Assembly: GCA_964016885.1 (NCBI GenBank)
Contig: OZ024755.1
Span: 6,200,001 to 6,264,000, forward strand
Source: Eledone cirrhosa
Lineage: Eukaryota
Direction of reading: 5' to 3'
DNA: 64,000 nucleotides
Position 1 is the stretch's first letter, and each line of letters opens with the position of its first letter. Made by a program: the position numbers and the translations under genes. Under the pieces are notes generated by a model. The model did no database searches. It was not told where the DNA came from and was given only the letters and a program-made list of their open reading frames with translations. Shown here piece by piece: positions 54,073 to 64,000 of this stretch.

Positions 54073-54492
54073 GAAATATATATATATATTGGCAAAGTCT
54101 TTAAGACTTCGGATTGAATGCTGTACGGTATTCGTCCCACCCCATTGTGTGTTCTGAGTTCAAATTCGGCCAGGGTCAACTTCGCCTCCCATCCTTTCCA
54201 ATATTCCTTGTCTGGCTTTCTGGAGAATAGAGGAAAGGTGTTTCCTCAAAAACCAGTATGACTCTAAAAACCGGTTTGTCTGTGTGTTTACATACAGAAT
54301 AGCTGGACACTCACAGTAAAGTGACCAGTGAAAAACTCGTTAATCTACATATGTACACGTGTGTGTATTCATATGCATACTAGTATTTCAGTATACATAT
54401 GTGGATGTACATTCTTAACTTAATTGTTTAAGCGTCAGTCATACAAAAGTGAGTTACAAACGAAACAAAATTTAATTTCGTTTCGTTATTTG

Positions 54493-54556
<64 letters not shown>

Positions 54557-54905
54557 GTTTACTATAGAAATCATTTCTACTGGATTAGAACGTTTCATTC
54601 TAAAGACATTTCTTTTGAATTAAACAGTTCTAGTTCTGTAGAAGAACCGGTTTCTCAGCATTTATTTTGGTCATCATCAGGAGGTATTTCCAAACATGCT
54701 CAGAAAAGATATTAGGATAAACTTTGTTTCTGAAATCAAAGTCTTGATGAGGTAGGAAGCGAGGTGGAGGGTGGAGAGTGAAAGATGTTAAAGTTTAGAC
54801 AGCGGGTGACTGCTGCCGTTGTTAATAATGATATATTCCTTCATTAATTTTGTTGAACTTCTAGGTTGTGAAACGTAACACATACATACATACATACACA
54901 TATAT

Positions 54906-54949
<44 letters not shown>

Positions 54950-54994
54950 ATATAAAGTGGCAGAATATATATATCTATGCATGCAATTATATAT

Positions 54995-56144
54995 GTATGT
55001 ACGCATGTACATATAAATATATATGTACATATATATATATATGTACATATATATATATATGTACATACATATATATATATATGTACATACATATATATAT
55101 ATGTACATATAAATATATATGTACATATATGTACATGTACATATATATATGTACATATATGTACATATATATATGTACATATATATACATGTACATATAT
55201 ATATGTACATGTACATATATGTACATGTATATATATATGTACATATATGTACATGTATATATATATGTACATATATGTACATGTATATATATATGTACAT
55301 ATATGTACATGTACATATATATATGTACATATATATATGTACATGTATATATATATGTACATATATGTACATGTACATATATATATGTACATGTATATAT
55401 ATGTACATGTACATATATATATATATATGTACATGTGTATATATATATGTACATGTACATATATATATATATGTACATTTACATATATATATATATATAT
55501 GTACATTTACATATATATATATACATGTACATGTACATATATATATGTAAATATATATGTTTGTACATATATATATATATGTACATATATATGTTTGTAC
55601 ATATATATATATATGTATGTTTGTACATATATATATATATATGTACATATATATATGTACATATATATATATATAGAGAGAGATTTGTATGTGTGTACAC
55701 ATTTGCCTGTCAAGTATGCGCGTGTCAGCGTGTGACATATATATTCCTTTGTGTAGATGTGAATCATATATAAATCTAGACATATCCTTATAGCTGCTCC
55801 ATATATGATTAGTTATATTAGATGTTTGTAATAAAGAATTAGATTTTCATATATTTCATATATGTTTGTATCAGCTGAAATTAGAAGACAACGATTGGCA
55901 TTATTCCCAGTTTTCTCTTTTCTTTATCACAACACCAGGAACAGAAATACATCTCCATGTGATAATGATAGCAGTAGTAAAGATAATATATATGTATGTA
56001 TATATATATATACATACATATATATATATATATATATAAACATATATATATATATATATATAAACATATATATATATATATATAAACATATATATATATA
56101 TATATATATAAACATATATATATATATATATATATAAACATATA

Positions 56145-56182
<38 letters not shown>

Positions 56183-56188
56183 AACATA

Positions 56189-56232
<44 letters not shown>

Positions 56233-56296
56233 AACATATATACATATAAACACATATATAAACATATGTATATATATATATATAAACACATATATA

Positions 56297-56344
<48 letters not shown>

Positions 56345-56553
56345 TATAAACACATATATAAACATATATGTATATATATATATATATATAAACATATATA
56401 AACATATGTATATATACGTATATAAACATATAAAACATATAAACACACATATATATATATATATACATATATAAACATGTATATATATACATATATAAAC
56501 ACATATATAAACACACATATATATATATATATACACATAAACAAACATATATA

Positions 56554-56597
<44 letters not shown>

Positions 56598-56702
56598 AAC
56601 AAACATATAAACACATATATAAACATATATATATATATATACACATATATAAACATATAAACACAAACATATATATATATATACACAAACACATACACAT
56701 AA

Positions 56703-56751
<49 letters not shown>

Positions 56752-56840
56752 CACAAATATATATATATATATACACATAAATACACACATATATAAACAT
56801 ATGTATATATACATATATAAACATAAACACACACATATAT
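54995..56840. repeat. TGTACA(TA)n and AAACA(TA)n arrays
   Basis: Direct reading; a unique spacer lies at ~55680-55985. Confidence 0.9.
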
Positions 56841-57261
56841 ATATGGTCTTCATTCTCTCTCGTTCACGATTTCACCGAACTTATATTCATGGAAATCTGG
56901 GACTTGACTCTTTCTTCCTCACTTTTCGTTGCATTACCATCTTTGTTTGTTTACAGTCTCACTCTTCCCCTTATTTACTTGTCCCAACGACTTTCTTTAG
57001 CCGTTGCTCGCACCAACTGGGGGTATATGGTCTTTAAAGCGATGAAATACCAATGAAGGCTGGAAGATCACTGATGAAGGACTAACTTTATTCATATGTA
57101 ACCCATTTGCAACCACGCAGCACGTTTGTTTTCATATTCATACGTATATATATATATATAAATAAACATAAACACACACATATATATATATATATATATA
57201 CACGTATATATATATATAAATACACATACAGACAAATAAACATATATATATATATATGTAA

Positions 57262-57321
<60 letters not shown>

Positions 57322-57346
57322 TCGTATGAATGTGTATGAGAGTATG

Positions 57347-57386
<40 letters not shown>

Positions 57387-57444
57387 TATATATATATCGT
57401 GTAGGTGTCACGAAAAAAAAACACACAGTCCACGCTGTAATGTG

Positions 57445-57646
57445 GCCATGTAGGTAACACGATAAAAAGTTCCCAGTTCCACACTGTAAATGTGGTTGGT
57501 GTTAGGAAGGCCATCCAGCCGTAGAAAACCTGCCAGATAGTCCTATATGAGCGAGACATGGTCACCCGACCAGCCTTGCCTCAAGTGGGATAATTCCCGT
57601 CTAACCCATGCTAGCGTGGAAAATGGACGTTAAACGAAGATCACGA

Positions 57647-57650
<4 letters not shown>
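57445..57650 (+). mobile_element. SINE 3' part with RTE-type tail
   Basis: GTGGTTGGTGTTAGGAAGGCCATCCAGCCGTAGAAAACCTGCC...AACCCATGCTAGCGTGGAAAATGGACGTTAAACGA is recognised from memory as a common cephalopod repeat. Confidence 0.6.
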
Positions 57651-57691
<41 letters not shown>

Positions 57692-57995
57692 TGTGTGTTA
57701 GTGCATTTGTCTGTATGCCTGAGACTATATGCATATGTAAATTCAGGAATCTTACCAAATGAGATAGAAAGTATATAGGCCAGGCCATGTGTAACAATTT
57801 ACAAATGCAAGTAAGACATTCAATCTCACTGAAGTCCACAAATTGCTCTGTTTTACCAAAATAAAAGATATTTGTACATACAGTTGTTTTCTGTTTGATC
57901 AAGAAAATATATTTTAATGACAGTTGGCACCTATACAACCCGGTTTTAAGCATGAACTATAGATCACATAACGCAGTATATATACATGTATACAT

Positions 57996-58032
<37 letters not shown>

Positions 58033-58081
58033 AATATATACATACACACATATATGAGCGTTTGTGTATGTATGTATATAT

Positions 58082-58131
<50 letters not shown>

Positions 58132-58133
58132 AA

Positions 58134-58175
<42 letters not shown>

Positions 58176-58321
58176 ATATATATATGCACGTCTACATTAG
58201 TAATCTTGTCTGGCTTCTTAATATTCTCTACCAGATACTTCGTCTTACACTCATTCATTCACAGCTCCACACTCATTGACACACTCTCCCCTCCTGCATC
58301 AAATCCTCTGCCTCCTTCGCT

Positions 58322-58559
58322 GAGGAGACTGAGGTTAGCTGGACATGCTCACCGACATCCAGAGTTGACACTGCACTCAGTGCTTTGGTGGGAGCCCCTA
58401 CATGGACACACTGAAAGAGGAAGACCGAGGTTAACATATGCTGATGCCAAAGGACAGACACTGGTCTGTTGGAGACGCAGGACATGGCAGCGATAATGAG
58501 GGACAGAGACCGCTGGAGAGAACTTGTCCATGGATCTCGGGAATTTTACCCGCCCTAGA
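58322..58559 (+). mobile_element. RTE-group LINE 3' fragment, second copy
   Basis: Highly similar to 42215-42451, with the same 3' end (TTTTACCCGCCCTAGA). Confidence 0.88.
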
Positions 58560-59302
58560 TAGATATATGCACCTACATTTATAGATGTGTTTGTGCCGTT
58601 CTCCATTTATTGTTACATATCGTATATTTTATACTATATAGTGGGAAAGAAATTTATTTTAAGATTTATCTAACACAAATTGACAGGACTTTATAACTTT
58701 ATAAGTCAGTGTAGTGGAGAATGTTGTCACTGTTGTGTATTGGCGAGTGCTTTTCTTTCTCAAAGACACATGCTCATTCATTATCTCTCTCTGAGATCGT
58801 AAACCTTGATCAATCAGACCAAATGCAAAACCAATAAGCAGTCATGATCGAAGTGGGTCGTTAAATTAATAATTTTCCCAATATGAAAAAATCATGAACT
58901 CCAGAGTGAGGAAAAGAAGTCTGATCAGCCTGAATTTAAATTTCGGTCATAACATATCATAAAACTGTTTCCAGAGCAAAGAATTCTAAGCTTTGTATTC
59001 CCAATTTTAATTATTATAATATAAATGTAGCTAATTATTTCAATGAAACTGATTCAAATTCACGAAGGATTTTACAAATATAATGTTCATGCTTAAACCA
59101 TAGAAAATGATGGTTATTGTAGCAGAAATAAAGAGGAAATGAATTTAATTTAATTAATTTGATGTCACTTGCTTGGAACCCTCACGAGCAGTAATGCTAT
59201 GACAAAAAGGTACGAAGAAGTAAACATCATTAAGATAGCAAGTCGAAGTTATTAATTAGAGAATCTTATATTTAATTATTGATGAAGATGGAACTGGAGA
59301 TA

Positions 59303-59339
<37 letters not shown>

Positions 59340-59342
<3 letters not shown>

Positions 59343-59411
59343 GTCGTCACTTATGAAATTTGTAGAAATGTCTTATTTCCTAAAATTTCTACAACTTTCA
59401 TACTTGACGAC

Positions 59412-59415
<4 letters not shown>
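59340..59415. repeat. ~30-bp imperfect inverted repeat isolated between (TA)n tracts
   Basis: TTGGTCGTCACTTATGAAATTTGTAGAAAT / ATTTCTACAACTTTCATACTTGACGACCCAA. Confidence 0.75.
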
Positions 59416-59451
<36 letters not shown>

Positions 59452-60448
59452 CAGAGTTCTGATAAAATGCCAAAAATAGCGCCAAATGATGAACGGAATA
59501 ATCAACAAATTAACGAACTATATCTCCCTTTCTTTTCTGTCTTTCTACGTGCAATAGAGAGTAATATAATAGAAATGCCATACAGCATATATCATGTGAA
59601 GTATATGGCGAGGATATTTGGCTTCACTCATATTAGCCTCATATATAAAGGCCTTCTAAGAAATAATAGTAACCAGTCTGACAAAAAAAAAAAAAAATCA
59701 ATATAATCCTAGAAGTAAATAAAAAGGAAAGCAGCCGATCATCAGATCGGTCCAAGGAAACAATGTTTCCATTGGTCTTTCTATTGCTGATACGATCTAC
59801 CAGTCACCATTCCTGCCAGCAGGAGACGGAAATTAAACTCAGGAAGCACAGAAGCGATTCAGATACCGATTCATTTACAATTCCGCCAGCCCATACTCGA
59901 TTAATATTTTTTATCCATCCCTTGATGGAGCACGTTTAACTTGACGCAAATTAAACTCGCACTGAACCAGAAAAAAGACCAAGGTATTTAATCCAACACT
60001 ATAACCACTCCCCCAAATGAGAGGCATTGTAAGATGAGAAAAATAAAAGCCTAAGGCAAACAATTACTTCTTGCCACAGAACCCCACTGGGACTTGTGTC
60101 ACATATATTTAGCTGCGATAACAGATGGATGGTAATGGTATTTAAATGGAAATAAAACATAAATTACGTGCACATCAAGAAGAAATTATTAACGAACTGT
60201 TTCTGGCGAATACAATCATAACAATAATCCGCCAGAAATGTTATAGTTTCAGTCACTTTAATAATATAAACATACCAACAAAGTACACACACACACAGAC
60301 GCATAATATATATATATAACATATATGGTTTCGACATTAATTAACCGAAACTTAGAGATTTCAGAGTTTGGCTGAGGAGATGGGACTGTCCCATCTTTAG
60401 ATTTTATTTTCATTGTTTTTATCCTGTGCACACCCTACTTTGAATGTG

Positions 60449-60496
<48 letters not shown>

Positions 60497-60500
<4 letters not shown>

Positions 60501-60626
60501 AACGAGTAGGAACGAGTAGGACCCCGACGGCTGAGCTCGTTCCTATTACCCACTCTACTACCCTAAGTATTGAGTACTTTGATGCGTTATGGTCCATCTG
60601 GTTCCGTACCATATTTCCTTCGTTAT
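60497..60626. mobile_element. Family P insertion (inverted head plus tail)
   Basis: TAGGAACGAG x2-TAGGACCCCGACGGCTGAG fused through CTC microhomology to CTCGTTCCTATTACCCACTC...TTCGTTA(TA)n. Confidence 0.8.
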
Positions 60627-60685
60627 ATATATTTATATATACAATATATTAACAAATGGAACCTATATTTATAAAACCATATTTA

Positions 60686-60747
60686 TTTCATTATACATAT
60701 TTCAAGGGCCACCAGAGAAAATTATGTGGCGCTTTCATCAGATAAAA
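60686..60747 (-). ncRNA. Type I hammerhead ribozyme motif, family E
   Basis: Minus strand: TTTTAT-CTGATGA-AAGCGCCAC(13-nt loop)GTGGCCCTT-GAAA-TATGTA-TA-ATGAAA. It has a 6-bp stem I (one G:U), a 9-bp stem II (one mismatch) and an AUA triplet, with AATAAA directly downstream. Confidence 0.85.
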
Positions 60748-60875
60748 TATAATATAGGTTAGTTTTATAAATAAATATTGACATACCCATAAAAAATGCA
60801 ACCATTCTGGTTGGAATATATACATAGATTTGCTGTTTATACACACACACATATATACACAGACAAACACACACA

Positions 60876-60927
<52 letters not shown>

Positions 60928-61320
60928 CATACATTAACATACATTTATCTATCTCTATATTTCTATTGTAGCATTCACATATATTTTCTTCACCTAGTTA
61001 TACTGCATAAACTTTAAAACCTAGAATCGATTTATGCTCCATTTAGGCTATCTCATGAAATATAGTTAATTTTCTTATGCATTTAGCCTACAATGAATCT
61101 AATACATATTTTCAGTATTCATTTTCTTATGCATGCTGAATATTACAATAAATGTCTCCAGCAAAACGAAATCAATTTAAAATATATGCCGCCTTTATTT
61201 GTTTCTTTTTTGCTCAGCTCTAGAGAAGCGTAGAGATACATAATAGAAACACAATGTTCATTTATAGTCATTCATGTACTATATATATATATATATACGC
61301 ACATACACATGTGTGCATAT

Positions 61321-61368
<48 letters not shown>

Positions 61369-61391
61369 TATGTATAAATGTGTTGCATGTA

Positions 61392-61435
<44 letters not shown>

Positions 61436-61648
61436 TATATATATATATTTATAGAATAGAATAGAAAACGAAAAATCAGTGATGCATCTGAACACATTGT
61501 GTTACAATTGTTTCGCCGGTGGACAGCTCGAGACGCGATCATTGTGTGGTTCTGTCTGATTCTGGACCCGCAGGTTCGACGGACACGTCTAATGATTTCG
61601 GAGCATATGCTCTCACTGGGGTATCTGACCCTCTGGGCCAGTACCGTC

Positions 61649-61680
<32 letters not shown>

Positions 61681-61685
<5 letters not shown>

Positions 61686-62106
61686 ATAATAATAAAATTG
61701 AAGACTAAAATCCAAAGAGGGCTCGATAAGGAAAATATATATCAAATATATAAGAACCGTAGAGCAAATATTTATTAAAATAACAGATTAAAGTTTAAGC
61801 AAAGAATCGCTGCTTTCACCCTTAACGGGATCTTCTGAAACTAACAAAGTCAATCTGTAAACGCAGAACTGGATATTTCAGAAAACGTTGCAACCGGAGG
61901 AAGACAGGAAGACGATACTTTGGTTCGTGGAAACGTAGCAATGCTGAGTTCCAAAGTATCGTCTTCCTGTCTTCCTCCGGTTGCAAAGTTTTTTTAAATA
62001 TCCAGTTCTGCGTTTACAGATTGACTTTGTTAGTTTCAGAAGATCCCGTTAAGGGTGAAAGCAGCGATTCTTTGCTTAAACTTTAATCTGTTATTTTAAT
62101 AAATAT
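61681..62106 (-). mobile_element. Family D large fold-back insertion (156-bp arms plus ~87-bp tail)
   Basis: Arms 61768-61923 and 61951-62106 (3 mismatches seen), 27-nt spacer, (TA)n on both sides. Confidence 0.9.
62032..62082 (+). ncRNA. Hammerhead-like motif with variant core (CAGAAGA), family D; mirror copy on minus at 61792-61842
   Basis: AGTTT-CAGAAGA-TCCC(GTTAA)GGGT-GAAA-GCAG(CGATTCT)TTGC-TT-AAACT: all three stems can form; U4 is replaced by A. Confidence 0.6.
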
Positions 62107-62599
62107 ATATATATTTATATATATATATACACGCAATATATATATATGTATATATCCATGCCTGTCTGTCTGTATATATATATATTTTATGCATGCATGC
62201 AGGTATATGTGTGTGGATATACATATCGATGCATTTATGTATGTATACTTATGAAATAGATATCATTTTATAAATGGAGACAAGATCCATATACAAATAT
62301 GTCAACATACAATCTAGATATAGGTTGGATTTATACAAAATACATACGATCCGTGGCTGTGTATATATCCATAATTTTCTGACTCCAGGATTACGTTACA
62401 AAATTAATGCATTCATTATCTACAGTTGTCAAGTATTATTATAGTTATCTGCGCTGTGGCAATTATATTTTCAGATTTAATTTTCAATCCCTCAATGCTT
62501 CGTAAACCAACTATGTGTGTTTGTGTGTGTAGAGCTGACTTTCCGTATCACACCTCTTTATTCTTTTTCTATTTATATACAAAAAAAATACATATGTAG

Positions 62600-62659
<60 letters not shown>

Positions 62660-62660
<1 letters not shown>

Positions 62661-62843
62661 ATTGTTTCTACTTTTGGCACAAGGCCAGCAATTATTCCAG
62701 TGTATTACTGGTACTTTATTTTATCGACCTCGTAAGGATGAAAGGCAAAGTTAACCTCGGCGGGATTTGAACATAAAGGGCCGTACCTCTATTCTGCAAA
62801 GCATGGCGTCCGACCCTCTACCGATACCGCCAATCCACCGCCC
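62660..62843 (-). mobile_element. SINE S1
   Basis: Similarity to the S1 consensus, with a small internal deletion. Confidence 0.9.
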
Positions 62844-62984
62844 TAATATATGCAATAATATCGACCCTGGCGTATATTTGAAGATTAAGGAAAACTTAAG
62901 TAGATATTACTATCCTTGTTTAATTAGAAACCTCAGCTGTGAAATCAATGGACGTTGGTTCTTTGAATTGCAGGTGCTGTTCCT

Positions 62985-63135
62985 TCGACAAGTTTCCACC
63001 CACTTCCCTTCTACCAAACTTTGGTTGCAATGTCTGGTTTGAAACGAAGCTCTGCTAAGTGGCACTTGCCAAGACTGCCAATCAATGTAACCACACCAGG
63101 AAACATACGATTGAGAAGCCAACTTCTAAATAATT
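62985..63135 (-). mobile_element. Old tRNA-derived SINE remnant
   Basis: Minus strand AGAAGTTGGCTTCTCAATCGTATG...CTTGGCAAGTG...TTTGGTAGAAGGGAA resembles a common octopus SINE (from memory). Confidence 0.4.
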
Positions 63136-64000
63136 GTTCCTTGCTACCTTCACATACACACACACATGCACCCGTATATCACTATATGACGTGTCGTAGT
63201 TTGCAAAATATCTGTTCTTGTCTTGTCTGGTCTCCTCGTCCTACAATGTTTTCTGTATTGTCTTGAAGATGTATATCATTCTTCAAGACTTTCAAACTAA
63301 CCTAATTTGATGCAATTAAGAATTTCGAAAATTATTATATTGTGATATTTTCTTTTCATCATCCGTTCGCTAACAATCTATCTTCAGAAGTTACATCATG
63401 CTTTTACTTTGTTCACATGTTGTCAGGTTGAATCTAAAATTTCTAGCTTTTAATTATTCACTTATTGTGGCAGTGTAAATGTCATTGTCTTTGAAGTTTC
63501 CTAACTGCAGTTTCACGCAGTAATTGATTTCCTACTATGCAGGCTTACAAAAGGAAATTTTGTATTTATGATACGTACGTATGTATGAATGTATGAATGA
63601 ATGTATGCATGCATGTATATATACGATGAGTGTATGCATCGTTCCCTGGGTATACATATACACATATCGCTCATAATTACCCATAAACTCACAGACAAAC
63701 ATATACTTATACGTATAGACATATACACGTATTGCCGAGAAAATATATTAAGAAAAGATAGACAGTCATGTCACACATACACACACAAATACATACAAAC
63801 GTCTGTAATAAGATATATTTAGATACACGCAGATACACGTATATATATATACATATATATACACACAGATATTCCCCCACAGATGTACACACATTTACAC
63901 ATACGCACATTTACATATATACCTACTCATATATACATCTTCAGTTATACATGCAATGAAAAAGAAAGAAGGAGAGGAGGATATTTAAATGAAGAAGAAA

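Noticed and set aside
57071-57090. CTGATGAAGGACTAAC, like the family A core
   Set aside because: Only ~15 nt match and the 3' half is absent; too short to call.
60340-60400. CTGAGGA followed by hairpin AGATGGGAC-T-GTCCCATCT
   Set aside because: No GAAA follows stem II, and there is no workable stem I.
62910-63266. Exon-like Cys/Trp-containing ORFs
   Set aside because: Better explained as a decayed SINE on the minus strand.

Overview
AT-rich, microsatellite-saturated eukaryotic DNA. The SINE and repeat complement suggests a cephalopod such as Octopus (inference). No host protein-coding gene can be supported, and almost all ORF-track entries are microsatellite artefacts. The only real long ORF is a young, GC-rich, 5'-truncated L1/Tx1-clade reverse transcriptase (49598-52242). 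It is bracketed by an exceptionally long, near-perfect ~513-bp direct duplication. There are RTE-clade LINE fragments, more than 30 tRNA-derived SINE copies and a mariner-type MITE. The signal the ORF track misses is a dense population of short non-coding elements inserted in (TA)n tracts. They carry type I hammerhead-ribozyme motifs (complete at 8257, 17348, 18175, 29301 and 60686; variant or partial at about ten more sites) from at least five sequence families. Many have a stereotyped fold-back architecture: an inverted copy ending at a fixed site, plus a ~70-90 bp tail. This matches Penelope-like element (PLE) pseudo-LTR or retrozyme biology. Coordinates were read by eye, and repeat boundaries may be off by a few bases.
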